Source: Octopus vulgaris
Lineage: Eukaryota
Assembly (NCBI GenBank): GCA_951406725.2
Contig: OX597820.1
Location: 2,666,001-2,730,000, forward strand
Length of the DNA: 64,000 nucleotides
Direction: 5' to 3'
Shown: positions 11,495-24,564 of the stretch, one piece after another
Layout of the letters: the number at the start of each line of letters is the position of its first letter
How positions within the stretch are numbered: the stretch's first letter is position 1
Made by a program: the position numbers and the translations under genes
Notes under the pieces: model-generated
The model's database searches: none
Seen by the model: the letters and a program-made list of their open reading frames with translations, nothing else
Told to the model about the DNA's origin: nothing

Positions 11495-11955
11495 AATTTT
11501 AATAAAGTGCCATCTTCAGTTGCAAAAAATATGGATCTTCAACAGACAAGATCATCATCATCATCGTTTAACATCTGCTTTCCATGCTAGCATGGGTTGG
11601 ACGATTTGACTGAGGACTGGCAAACCAGATGGGTGTACCAGGCTCGAACCTGAAACCTGATCTGGCAGAGTTTCTACAGCTGGATGCCCTTCCTAACACC
11701 AACCACTCTGAGAGTGTAGTGGGTGCTTTTTACGTATCACCAGCATGAGGGCCAGTCAGGTGGTACTGGCAACAGCCATGTCCAAATGGTGTTTTTTACG
11801 TGCTACCTGCACAGAAGCCAGTCCAGTGACACTAGCAAAAGTAAGCAAGTGATTCAAGATTCGACAGTTTCCTGTGTTGGCACTTAGTAAATGCCAATGC
11901 AGGAAATCCTTAGACCTGGAGTCACTCTGTTACTTCTACAAAATATTAATAAAAA

Positions 11956-11988
<33 letters not shown>

Positions 11989-12515
11989 AGTATGTAGAGA
12001 TAGCGGCTAGAATAACCATCTAAGGGATAAGAATATCTGTTAATACTATTGGTATAAATTATGTATAAAAAAATAATAACTGATTGTAGTCAGTTTGTTT
12101 GTTGATCAAAATTTTCTCCATTTTCTGCTTAATTTAAATTTATAATTATACATGTATATGCTATAGTAATTCAACAGTATTGCAAAAGCCTTAGAGTGCC
12201 TTTAGAAAATTAGAAGAGGTACACCCAGGGAAGATGAATGAGGCTAAATTGGCTTAGCTGGAAAAGACTTCATATATATATATAGAGATAGATAGATAGA
12301 TAGATAGATAAATATATGTATACCTACATACACATATTTAGTGTGCTTTGTTTGTCCCAAATTCACTCAAATAGTCAGCCTGGGTTAAAGACTTGTACTA
12401 CTAAGTGCCATGTATCTGGACAGAACCTGAAACCACATGGTTACAAAGCAAGATTCTTAACCACACAGCCATACAAGCACCTATCCACAACAAAAACCTG
12501 TGCTTGTGCGTATGG

Positions 12516-12559
<44 letters not shown>

Positions 12560-13066
12560 CAACATTTAACATCTGCTTTCCATGCTACACACACACACAT
12601 TCACATATAGTGTAAATAAAATATAGAAAAGACACATTTCAGCAAGACATATTCACAAGCCTAGTACAGATCCCTAACTCCAGCCTCAGCTGTCAGCTTG
12701 GACCCTAACGGTTGACCAATTACACCACTTACGCATATATATATAGATTCAAATACCATCATGTGTGTGTGTCTTTGTGTTTGTCCTTGACCACTGCTTG
12801 ACACCCAATGCTGGTTTTGTTTATATCCCCAAAACTTAGTGGTTCAGCAAAAGAGACTGATAGAATAAGTACCAAGCTTTAAAAAAAAAAATTTACCGGG
12901 GTCAATCATTTCACTAAAAATGTTTAGAGGCCCCAGAATGGCCAGTCTACTGACTGAAACAAGTAAAAAATAAAAGATAAATATTCATATACATACACAT
13001 ATATACAAACACATACCCATATATGTACACACCCACCCCAGTAGAAAACATACACATATATACATA

Positions 13067-13615
13067 CTAGCCTTGAAGCCACCCTTCAAGCAGCATTCTG
13101 TCTAGATCCTGCATAGGGCACCTTTGAGGCCTATGGCCCCACTATCGGGCTGTTTCACGACCCCCTACCCTTCAATAATGTAATGCCCAAACTTATTTCT
13201 GCAAATGTTCTAAGCACTGATGCTGGTCATAGTTTAATCAATAAGCACAGGGGCAAGGTAAATGCAGTAAAAATAGGAGGAGAGCAGCATCAGTGGGGGC
13301 CCCATTTAAGCAGCTCTTCAGAAACTGAACCTCCTTATGATACTCCCAGGTAGTTCATGGTATGAAATTCATTGACATTGCTCTGATTTGATCGCTAATG
13401 CAATGTATATAGTTTAAAATGTAGTAAAATAGGGGGTGGGGTCTGTTGGGGCCCCAATTCGGGGGCCCTTAAAAAAATAAACTTCCTTAGGACATTCCCT
13501 AAGATTAGGGAGTTGCTGGTTTGAGTTTCATTGTCCTTGCACCAATGGTCTAGGAGGAGTTAACGAACATAAAAACATAACAGACAGAGAAACATCACTT
13601 AAATTCATAACAGGA
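13067..13615 (-). mobile_element. Non-autonomous Helitron-like element
   Basis: Minus strand starts A|TC (13615) and ends CTTGAAG-GGTGG-CTTCAAG (hairpin)-G-CTAG|T (13067). A/T target, no TSD. Confidence 0.65.
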
Positions 13616-13883
13616 TATGCAGAGACACACAGACACACAGAAAATGTTTCAAGATGGATTTTCTGGTAGACACAAGTTGGGTAAGTGAGGATAATATCAA
13701 GTCAATTCTGGATTATTTGAAGCAAGTCCCAAAGCAAGTCCAAGCTTGTTTAATGAATATCAAGATTCAGAGAAACCTGTTCAATGAAGTAAAGACATCG
13801 CAGAAGAGAAAAGCCAGAAACAGTGAAAGGGAAAAAACTATTTCTGGATGATGCATCTGATGAAGAAGCGGACATGGATATTA

Positions 13884-14466
13884 CAGTAATCCCTCGCTAT
13901 GTCACGGTTCATTATTTAAGCCTACATCAATTCCTCTTTTATTTTGCATTTATAATAAAATAAACACAGTGATACCTCGCAGTACGAGTTTAATTCATTC
14001 CATGACCGAGCTCGTCTTACGATTTATTTGTGTTAGAAATCAATTTTCCCCCCCTTGAAATTAACTAAAATATAATTAATCCTTTCCAGCCCCCCACAAA
14101 ACCACTCAAAAATAATTTCTTATGGGTTTTAAAACAGAAAAGGTGTAGCTACAAGTAAAATGACATTTATATAAAAGAGGGAGTACAAAAGAAATATGGG
14201 TTTTATTAACTGAATCCCTTTAAACAAGATGGGGACAATTTGGATGATCGTACTGCGGATTTCCGCTCGTACATCAAGACAAAAATTCGCACGAGTCTCT
14301 CGGATCGTACAGCAAATTACTGGTACAATGGGACACTCGTAGAATGGGACACTCGTACTGCGAGGTTCTACTGTATATAAAAATAATAGAAGAACAGATA
14401 CAGTACTGTTTCTACTTTGCGGAAGGTTTTGGAACGTAACACCCAAAACAGTTGAGGGAATTACTG
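13884..14466. mobile_element. Tigger/pogo-like MITE (outer element)
   Basis: TA|CAGTAATCCCTCG ... GAGGGAATTACTG|TA terminal inverted repeats with TA TSD. Confidence 0.7.
13967..14373. mobile_element. pogo-like MITE nested inside 13884-14466
   Basis: TIRs CAGTGATACCTCGCAGTACGAG / reverse complement CAGTAGAACCTCGCAGTACGAG; right flank is TA. Confidence 0.75.
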
Positions 14467-15617
14467 TATTGGATGACAACGGGGCAGAGAGTGACTAATT
14501 TAGAACTACTGTCACTAAGACTGATAGAAAGACATAGCCCCCACTCCCAAAATAAAGCTCTGTAAATATGTTGGTTTGTGACTTCATTTTTAATTCTTAT
14601 AACTGCAGGTGTGGCTGTGTGGTAAGGAGTTTGCTTCCCCACCACATGGTTTTGGGTTCAATTCCACTGCGTGACATCTTGAACAAGTGTCTTGTACTAT
14701 AGCATTGAGTTGACGAAAGCCTTGTGAACAGATTTGGATGATGGAAGCTGAAAGAAGCCCACCATAAGTGTGGGTATGTGTTTCTGTCTCCTTGCTTTGA
14801 CATCATGTAATAGTTGTGAATGAATGTCCCCATCATGCAGGTGGGTGTCCCTCGTTTCCAATATTCTGTGAAAACATGTCTGTTAGGAAACAGGTGAGGG
14901 TTGCCGACAGGAAGGTATCCAGCCATAGAAAATATGCCTCAACAAAATTCCCTCCAACCCATGCAAGCATGGAAAAGTGGACATTAAAATGATGATTGTG
15001 ACATTTGTAACTTAATTTAATGTTCCAGTTGGAATCATTTCTCATTCTGGTAAGGTCTTAGGGAAAGATATGGCCCTTGTCTTGTGAGCAATTTGGCAAC
15101 CTTGCTTGTGCTGGCGACATGAAAAAGCATCCAGTGTACTCAGTAAAGTGGTTGGCGTTAGGAAGTGCATCTTGCCATAGAGACCATGCTAGAACAGACA
15201 ACGGAACATGGTGTGGACCCTGGCCTTGCCAGCTCCTGTCAAACCATCCAGCCCATGTCATGATGATGATACTCACCAACTCATGCCAGTGTGAGAAACA
15301 GACATTAAAAGGTGGTGATGATGATATATACATACATGCACAATACATATATATATATACACATACCCATATAAATACCACCAACTACCCACATGTGTGT
15401 GTGTGTAAGAATTAGTCAGAAAAGAAACAGGCTCTCGTATATTTGTGAACAGAATGGGTATATTCATGTTTATAGAATATTACAGATCCATTTCATCCCG
15501 TATTAATAATCAGTTTTGTAAACAAGATTTAAGAGAAAAAAACCCAATCCCAGGTCACTTGAGAAGGGCCGCTAGGAAATGCATGACCCTGGATCTATAA
15601 CACTGTGTTCAATATAT

Positions 15618-16063
15618 AAATGAAAAGATGTATTGTAAATAAACACCGACAGGGTAAAAAATATACAACGTATGCAGAGTGTATAACCAAATGGGAGACG
15701 GACAGAGAAGGTCCTTAATTCTTCATCAGTTATCAACCAGATGGTATTACTCAGTTTCGTATCATTAATGGTAAGACTGAGAACTTCCCATGTTGGCAGT
15801 GCCTGGAAAAGTTGCAGAGAATACACGGCTGAAAGCAAACAAAACAATACAGCCCTGTATTCTCCGCAACTTTCACAGGTACCACCAGCATGGGAAGTTC
15901 CCAGTCTTATCATTAATGGTACGAAACTGAGTAGTGTCAATTGGCTGAGAACTGATGAAGAATAAGGACCTTCTCTCTCTGTCTCTCGTCCGGTTGTACA
16001 CTCAGTATATGTCGTATGTTTTTTACCCTATTGTTTGTTTATTTACAATATATCTTTCCATTT
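15618..16063. repeat. Long imperfect palindrome (~215 bp arms, 18 nt spacer), foldback/MITE-like
   Basis: Left arm 15618-15831 is the reverse complement of right arm 15850-16063 (e.g. GAACTTCCCATGTTGG / CCAGCATGGGAAGTTC; CTCAGTTTCGTATCATTAATG / CATTAATGGTACGAAACTGAG). The ORF track shows mirror-image peptides. Confidence 0.85.
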
Positions 16064-16733
16064 TTTAAACAACGGAAGGCTACGCAACCTGACTTTTATT
16101 AACAGTAGGTTTTATATAGATTGTTCATCGTTGCCAGTACCAGCTGACTGGCTCCCGTGCTGGTAAAAAGCAGCATTCAAGCATGGTCATTGCCAGTGCC
16201 ACCTGACTGGCTCATGTGCTGGTGACACTATTTCCTATTTATATATATGAATGTGGCTGATGTCAGTATCCCGTAAAAAGCACTATCTGAACATGATTTA
16301 TGCCAAGCCTGCCAGCAGGTGACACGTAAAAAAGCACCCACTACACTCTCGGAGTGGTTGGCATTAGGAAGGGCATCCAGCTGTAGAAACATTGTCAGAT
16401 CAGATTGGAGCTTGGTACAGCCACTGGCTCTCCAGACCTCAGTCAAACTGTCCAACCCATGCCAACATGGAAATCGGACGTTAAACAATGACGATGATGA
16501 TGGTAATTAGAAACTAATGTAAAAAAAACATTGTGGAGGATATATTATAAATAATTAAGATTATTTATGAATAAAATTATCATAAAATACATAGAAGTAG
16601 GACGTTTATAATTATGAGTCATAAAATGGCTTTATAGCGGTTTTGGCTGCTACTTTTAACATTAAGGGTTTTGAAACTCTCTTAGTTATAATTGTGACTT
16701 GTTCATAATTATAAACCTTCTTCTATATATATA

Positions 16734-18145
16734 TAATTGCTGAGTCACTATCAGAACTGGAGGAGCAGTTTCAGGTGTGGAAGCAAGGATTAGAATCGAA
16801 GGGCCCTAGAATCAACCTAGCCAAAACCAAAGTCCTAATAAATAGGAAGGTAGACAAGTCACAAACGCCTTCAGGTAGATGGCCTTGCTCGATCTGTAGG
16901 AAAGGCGTAGGTAGAAACTCTATAAGATGCACCAAGTGTAAGCTATGGACACATAAGAGGTGCAGCAACATCAAAGGAAGGCTAACTAGGAAGATAGTTT
17001 TTGTATGTGGCAGATGCTCAGAAGCAATAAACACTGAAAATGTGCAGAGACCAACTTCCGCCACATTCCAAGGAGAAAAACTAAAAGTAGTTGATAGCTT
17101 CCGTTACCTAGGGGACCAAGTCAATAGCGGGGGCGGGTGTGCTGAAAGTGTAATTGCTAGAGTAAGAATAGCTTGGGCAAAGTTCAGAGAGCTCTTACCT
17201 CTGCTGGTGACAAAAGGCCTCTTGCTCAGAGTGAAGGCAGACTGTATGACGCATGCGTACGAACAGCCATGCTACATGGCAGTGAAACATGGGCTGTGAC
17301 TGCTGAGGATATGCGTAAACTCGCAAGAAATGAAGCCAGTATGCTCCAATGGATGTGTAATGTCAGTGTTCATACTCAACAGAGTGTAAGTACCTTGAAA
17401 GAAAAGTTGGACCTAAGAGGCATCAGTTGTAGTGTGCAAGAGAGATGATTGTGCTGGTATGGTCATGTGGCGAGAATGGATGAAGATAGTTGTGTGAAAA
17501 AGTGCCACACCGTAGTGGTTGAGGGAACCTGTGGAAGAGGTAAACCCAAGAAAACCTGGGACAAGGTGGTGAAGCACGACCTTCGAATGTTGGGCCTTAC
17601 AGAGGCAATGGCAAATGACCGAGACCTCTGGAGATATGCTGTGACGGTGAAGAACCCGACAAATAACGTGAACTCATGGCTGTTTCCTGCACCAGCTTCA
17701 CATAACCAGCTCCAGCCCATCCAAAGTACCTTGGATTGTAGGGTCACCTTCTGTGCTTGAGGAGACCTATTGAGTCAAGTACATCAACATCAAAATAAAA
17801 ATCAAATGGAAATTGTAGTTGTGATACCCGTGCCAGTGGAACGTAAAGAGCACCATCAGAATGTGGCCGATGCCAGCGCCACCTTGACTGGTTTCCGTGC
17901 TAGTGGCATGTAAAAAGCACCAACCAATCATGGCTGTTGCCAGCCTGCCGTAGCCCCTGTGCTGGTGCTACGTAAAAAGCACCCACTACACTCATGGAGT
18001 GGTTGGCATTAGGAAGGGCATCCAACTGTAGAAACACTGTCAGATCAGACTGGAGCCTGGTGCAGCCTCCTGGCTTCCCAGACGCCGGTCAAACCGTCCA
18101 ATCCATGCCAGCATGGAAAACAGACATTAAACGATGATGATGATA
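16734..18145 (+). mobile_element. Second 5'-truncated RTE-LINE copy
   Basis: ORFs 16775-17299, 17173-17448 and 17449-17760 are frameshifted or stop-interrupted pieces homologous to 7850-8788. PHD-like insert at 16886-17017; family A tail; (TA)n on both sides. Confidence 0.93.
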
Positions 18146-18518
18146 TATATAAAACAGGTTTCCTTCAGAAGGCTTTTGGTACAGAGAGCAGAAAGAGTTA
18201 ATAATTGTAGGTCATTTTATAATATGTTAGTGCAAAATGATAAATGTGAGCTAACCACAATAATTTAACAATAAAATATAGCAAAGTATAAATGAAATAA
18301 TCATAACTTAGCAGACAGGGTGGTCATGTGTAAGTTTGGATTGAGATTACAAAGTAAGTAATTTAACAACATGAGGTAATAAACTTTCTAAACAAGATGA
18401 CAACAGAAGTTGGAGGGGAGATTTGTAATGTAAATAATAATAATAATAATAATCATAGTAGGAAGTGACAATACTGTGTGAAATGGGGGACGAAAATATA
18501 GTGTGAAATGATGGTGTT

Positions 18519-19138
18519 CATTATTTACATTTGACAGATATTTGTCCTCATCGTGTTTGTTGTTAACACATTTCAGCTGAAAACCCCTCCAGCCATCATC
18601 AGGTGTCTTGGGGAAATTTTATTATTATACAGGTCACTGCCTGGAATCAAACTCGGAATCTTGGGGTTAGTAGCCTGCGCTCTTAGCCACTACGCCATAC
18701 ACCCAGGGCGTAGTGGTTAAGAATGCGGGCTACAAACCCCAAGATTCTGAGTTCGATTCCAGGCAGTGACCTGAATAATAATGACCACAAACCTGAAGGC
18801 ATCGTCGAAAATAGAAATGCAAAGATCCTATGGCATTTTATGATTCAGTGCGACAATGAGATAGAGAATAGGAAGCCAGATATAGTCTTAGTTGAGAAAG
18901 AAAGCAAACTATGCTGGATGAAAGACATAGCATGCCCAGCTGACAATAATAAAAATATCGAAAAATACCTTAGGAATGAGAACCCAGGTTTGAAATTACC
19001 CCAAGACACCTGATGAAGGCTGAAGGGTATATCAGCCAAAATGTTGTGTTAACAACAAACAAGATGAGGACAAATATCCGTCAAATGTAAATAATATAAA
19101 TAATGTACATAATTCCTCATCTCTTAAATATAGAACTG
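18519..19138. mobile_element. Palindromic tRNA-head/hammerhead non-autonomous element (Penelope-like), copy 1
   Basis: Left arm 18519-18696 is the reverse complement of the right arm starting at 18706. A box GGCGTAGTGG 18707-18716, B box GAGTTCGATTCC 18749-18760, hammerhead-like motif 19005-19050. Only the right arm carries the tail ending TTAAATATAGAACTG. Confidence 0.8.
18783..18944 (+). pseudogene. R4/Dong-clade LINE restriction-like endonuclease fragment
   Basis: DHKPEGIVENRNAKILWHFMIQCDNEIENRKPDIVLVEKESKLCWMKDIACPAD matches the L-W-D-F-x-I-Q-x-D...R-(K/R)-P-D-I...D-(I/V)-A-x-P pattern of R4/Dong RLE domains. Flanked by AATAAT on both sides. Confidence 0.8.
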
Positions 19139-21503
19139 GGTACTGTTATTGTTAATATAAATTAAAAAGTATAGGATATATAATTAGTGATCTTCTGATA
19201 TCATCAATCAACTGCCCCAACCTCCCCAAAAGTTTCGGGCTTTGTGCCTAGAGTAGAAAAGGATATCATCATCATTATTTAATGTCTGTTTTCCATTAAA
19301 TGATGTTTATGGTATAAAATGAATATATAAATAGACAAAGGTAAAAGCATGGTTATATGGTTAAAAAGTTTGCTTTGTAACCGCCGGATTTCAGGTTCAG
19401 TCTTGCTGCTGGGCAGCTTGGCCAAGTGTCTTCTATTATAGCTGTGGGTCAACTAATGACGCATGCGTACGAACAGCCATGCTACATGGCAGTGAAACAT
19501 GGGCTGTGACTGCTGAGGATATGCGTAGACAGAAACACTATGGAAGCCTGTCATGTATATATATGTATATGTGAGAAGCAAAGGCCTCATGGGGGCAAAG
19601 TGGCCGAGTTCCTTTCGAGTGTTGGGCCTCATGGAGGCAATGACTGAGTCCTTTGGCATTATGTCAGGCTTGAGAAGAAGACCCATCAAGCTGAGCAAAA
19701 TCGCAGTCGTGGCAGATAGTGGTGTCACACAAATGGCACCCCTGCCGGTGGCATGCAAAAGCACTTGTTACATTGGTTGGCATTAGGAAGGGCATCCAGC
19801 TGTAGAAACCCATGCCAGATCTGACTGGAGCCTGGTGCAGCCTTCCAGTGTGTCGGCCTAGTCAAACCATCCAACGCATGCCAATATGAACAATGGACAT
19901 TTGATGATGATGATGTATTCACCACCACTGCTTGACAGCTGGTGTTGGTTTGTCTACATCCCCATAACTTAGCATCTAAGCAAAAAAAAAAAAAAAACTG
20001 ATAAAATAAGTACCAGACTTAAAAAAGCAGAAATAATAAGTATTGGGGTAGATCGACTAATAAACCTGTAAATGCAGTGCTCCAGCATGGCTGCAGTCCA
20101 ATGACTAAAACAAGTAAAAGATAAAACGAAAATATAATAAATAAAACGTAAAATATAGAGTAATAAAAGGGGTGGGGCCAAGATATGCAAGACAGAAAAT
20201 ACTAGAATTATGCCAGGTGAGAGATTCAAACCTGGTGTATTTTGCTTGGAGTTCATATACAACATGTATATTTTATGCAAACATGTGGCAACCTCTGATT
20301 TTTCTTTTATTTAGAAGCAGTGTTTTATCAGAGAAGACATGAGTTGCTTCTGCAATTCAAAGATTTCACCCTGTTCCATTGCTTTAGACCACTGTGGGTT
20401 TTATCCTAAGTTGGTATCCTTCAAATACCATAGATAGTGTGATAGAGCGCTTTCGTTTTTTGTTTTTTTTTTTTCTCACAGAAGGATTTCTGTGAAAAGG
20501 TTGACAATATCTGAACTTAAATTTGTTTTTAGATCAATATATGTTATCGCAGAAGAGCTGGTCATAACAATGCAGCAGGATAAGATATTTTTTGCAGGCA
20601 ATTGGAGAATATTCTGGAAATAGTAAACTTGCAACCAGAGCTAAATGACCTGCCTTTTGTACCACTGGAACAAGGTTTGTTGTTTTAGGTAGGGAACAAA
20701 TAAATACTTTTTCATCAGAACATTTATCCCCAAAAAGTGAAGAAGTAAAAGTTACATAAATCAGAGATAAAATACATATTACTTTTTACTGTTGCATGTA
20801 TTTATATAGATGTTATATATATATATATTTCTTTACTACCCACAAGGGGCTAAACACAGAGAGGACAAACAAGGACAGACAAAGGGATTAAGTCGACTAC
20901 ATCGACCCCAGTGCGTAACTGGTACTTAATTTATCGACCCCGAAAGGATGAAAGGCAAAGTCGACCTCGGCGGAATTTGAACTCGGAACGTAACGACAGA
21001 CGAAATACGGCTACGAATTTTCGCCCGGCGTGCTAACGTTTCTACCAGCTCACTGCCTTTGATGTTATATATATATATAGACCAGTTGAGGCAAGTGAAA
21101 TTGCTGTTGTGGCCGATGACAGTACCACTTGATTGGCACCCACGCCAGTGGAACATAAAAACACCATTTGAGTGTGATCACTGCCAGGGTTGCTGACTGG
21201 CTCCCCACCAGTGCCAGTGCTGCCGAACTGGCTCCTGTGCAGGTGGTATGTAAAAAGCACAATTTGAGTGTGGCCAATCCCAGTACCGCCTGACTGGCCC
21301 TCATGACAGTGGCATCTAAAAGCACCCACTACTCTCTCAGAGTGGTTGGTGTTAGGAAGGGCATCTAGCTGTAGAATCTTTGCCTAATCAGATTAGAGCC
21401 TGGTGCAGCCTTCTGGTTTGCCAGCCCTCAGTCAAACCGTCCAACACATGCCAGCATGGAAAGTGGACGTTAAACAATAATGATGGTGATGATGATATAT
21501 ATA

Positions 21504-22200
21504 CCCTAGGGGTTGAGGGAACCTGTGGAAGAGGTAGACCCAGGAAGACCTGGGATGAAGTGGTGAAGCACGACCTTCAAACATTAGGCCTCACCGAGGC
21601 AATGACCAGTGACCGAGACTTTTGGAAATATGCTGTGCTTGAGAAGACCCAGCAAGCCAAGTGAGACCATAACCTCCTATGCCAGGGGTGTAACCAGCCC
21701 ACTTATGCATACCTGCTCTTCATTGGACACTGCTTGCAAAGACCTGTTGAGGCAAGTGAAATCGAAATCAAATTCGATGACTGACATCCGTGCTAGTGGA
21801 GCACTAAGAGCACCATCCAAGTGTGATCGTTGCCAGAGCGGCTAACTATCCTTTGTGCCGGTGGCATGTAAAAAGCACCATTCGAGCGTGATCGTTACCA
21901 GCATCGCCTTACAGGCACTTGTGCCAGTGTGCAGGTGACACGTAAAAACAAAAAAACACGATTTTTTCGTGGCTACTGCTAGTACCGCCTGACTGGCCCT
22001 CATGCCAGTGGCACATAAAAGCACCCACTACACTCTTGGAGTGGTTGGTGTTAGGAAGGGCATCCAGCTGTAGAAACTCAGCTCGATCAAGATTGGAGCC
22101 TGGTGCAGCCATCTCGGTTCGCCAGTCCTAAGTCAAATCGTCCAACCCATGCTAGCATGGAAAGCGGATGTTAAACGATGATGATGATGATGATGATGAT
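21504..22200 (+). mobile_element. RTE-LINE 3' fragment
   Basis: LGVEGTCGRGRPRKTWDEVVKHDLQTLGLTEAMTSDRDFWKYAV, then tandem UTR units and (GAT)n. Sits directly behind another tail copy (21078-21497), separated by (TA)n. Confidence 0.88.
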
Positions 22201-24564
22201 TTACATTCATGCTTTCAAATCCAGCTGCTGTACTCAAGACATTCAATATATAATATGTAGCTTAAATATATAACTGTGCAATATACAATTAAATTTGTAT
22301 TTTTTTACAAACTTTAGTAATACTTATGTATTCTCGTCTATGTCACCCTACATTGTGCATTGGTCAATTCAAGTGACCACCACCTACCCACCAAGTCCCA
22401 TCTCAGTACTTCCTCCCATGTTTACATGCACTGATTCAAGTAACCTGTGTTTTGTTACTAACTTTAATCATACAAAACTTCCTCCTACTTCACTCCTGCA
22501 TTCATTTTCATTTTCTCATCTTTCCACATCTAAAGTGATAAGACAACTATTTCTCATCATCCTCATCCAGAGTTTTAAATCTGGGTTTTGTCCCCATTAA
22601 CAGGGGTGGGCCGGATCTTCCTCAATGCCATAGCAACCGAGGTAGGCAGTTGCAGCTCACCCCAACCTTTGGGCTGGCGCTGGTGCCCTTTCTCCTTTGC
22701 TGTCATAAAGCATTTTCTGGAGCTGGATTTTCTATGGGGAGCATGCCCTTGCTTACCCTCAACCTCAGTTTCTAGACATGAGTGGTCCTGAGACCAAGGC
22801 CTTGATCATGATTTTTAAGAAATGTGGTGGAAAATTAGCTCAGGAAGGCAGGGACTCTACTCCCTATGACCCCTTTCAGAGCCCACACACACCTTCTAAC
22901 CAATATAAAGCATAATTACTTTTGCCCAGTTCTACTACTTTAATGGCATCAAGGAAAGTGGGGTGGGGTGCACCACAAAATAAATCACTTTAAGCCTGCT
23001 AAAATAGTATTCAAAGTGGTTTCTATGGTGGGAAATATATTTTTGAAGTGTTCATGGTGTCACAATGGGTATCTAATCGAGGACTTTGCAATTCCAAAAA
23101 GTAGCAGGAAACTTTTCCAATATAAATAAAGTGAAAGTAGACAAAAATAAACATTATTTTAGCCTCTTTCTGTTAGTTTTGTTTCGTTTTGAAATATAAA
23201 AATTTATTTTATTGCTTATTATTGTTTATATTTTAAATTACATGTATGTGTGTGTGAAGATCTGTTGAGTCAAGTGAAATCCTTGTCATGTCCAATGCCA
23301 GTACTGCCTGGCTGGTACCTGTGCTGGTGGCACATCAAAAGCACCATTCAAGCATGGTCGATGCCAGTCCCACCAGAATGGCTCTCATGCCAGTGGTGCG
23401 TAAAATGCACCATACGAATGTGGTCGATGCCAGTACCACCTGACTGGTCCCGTGCTGGTGGCACATAAAAAGTACCATTCAAGTGCGGTCAATGCCAGTA
23501 TTGCCTGACTGGCCCTCATGCCAGTGGTACATAAAAAAACACCCACAACACCCTCAGAATGGCTGGTGTTAGGAAGGGCATCCAGCTGTAGAAACCTTGC
23601 CAGATCAGATTAGAGCCTGGTGGAGCCTACTGGCTTGCCTGTCCTCAGTCAAACCGTCCAACCCATGCCAGCATGGAAAGTGGATGTTAAATGATGATGA
23701 TAATGATATGGGGGCACCAAAATCTTTTAAATGCTTAGGGCCTTAATGAGTCTTAACCCAGCTTTGACTAACATACAAGACATAGAACAGTACTTGAATT
23801 CAAGACGACTGGAAAGGGACTAATAAATATAAGACAGCAGAGTGAAAAGGGGCCATAAAGAGATTACCTTATTTGATGGATGGCATAAAAGATGCAAGGG
23901 CATTTTAGACACACCTAAATTTCAACAGCTCATATTCAGAAAAAACAGTTTTTTGTGCATTAAGGTATGTAATAGAAACCCAACTTTGCATATAGGACCT
24001 AGGATGATCGTTTTGAGATTTTCTTCTTTCATTTTTGGTTTATGTGCCACTGAATACAGCACATTTGATGCTTTCCAAAGATTTGAGGTGGGAGAGAATT
24101 GCAGTCATATTACAAAAAAAAATTGAGGCCGTAAGCAGGCAGGCTGGTTAGCACATTGGGCAAAATGCTTAGCAGTATTTCATCTCTCTCTCTCTACGTT
24201 CTGAGTTCAAATTCTGGCAAAGTCAGCTTTGTCTTCCATCTTTTCAGGGTCAATAAAGTAAGTACCAGTTGCATACTGGGGTCGATGTAATCAACTTACA
24301 CCCCTCCCTTGAAATTACTGGCCTTGTGCCAACATTTGAAACCAATATTACAAAACCATTGAAGTTGGCCAAGTCTACAATGGGAATCTGAGACAATTAT
24401 GATAAATTTGGTCAAGTGCATGAGCAGGGGCTCCATTATAAACCCAAACACTGAAGAGATGCTTAAAATGGAAAAGCTCTTGAGGGTGAGGATCAACAAG
24501 CAGACAGGATGTAATATACTTAGAAATACAGTTATGGCCAAAAGTTTGGAACATAGCTCTGAAG

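Noticed and set aside
15915-15970. Type II hammerhead in the foldback (CGAAACTGAGTAG...CTGATGAAG)
   Set aside because: Both core words are present, but stem II and stem I cannot be paired consistently in either arm.
18706-18772. Functional tRNA genes (also 24923-24995, 57296-57356, ~4636-4692)
   Set aside because: A and B boxes are present, but acceptor and anticodon stems do not pair properly and each head is fused to repeat bodies, so these are SINE-type heads.
20290-20770. Coding-like non-repetitive segment in the TTC17 intron
   Set aside because: All frames examined are interrupted by stops and no family motif is convincingly recognised; BLASTX would be needed.
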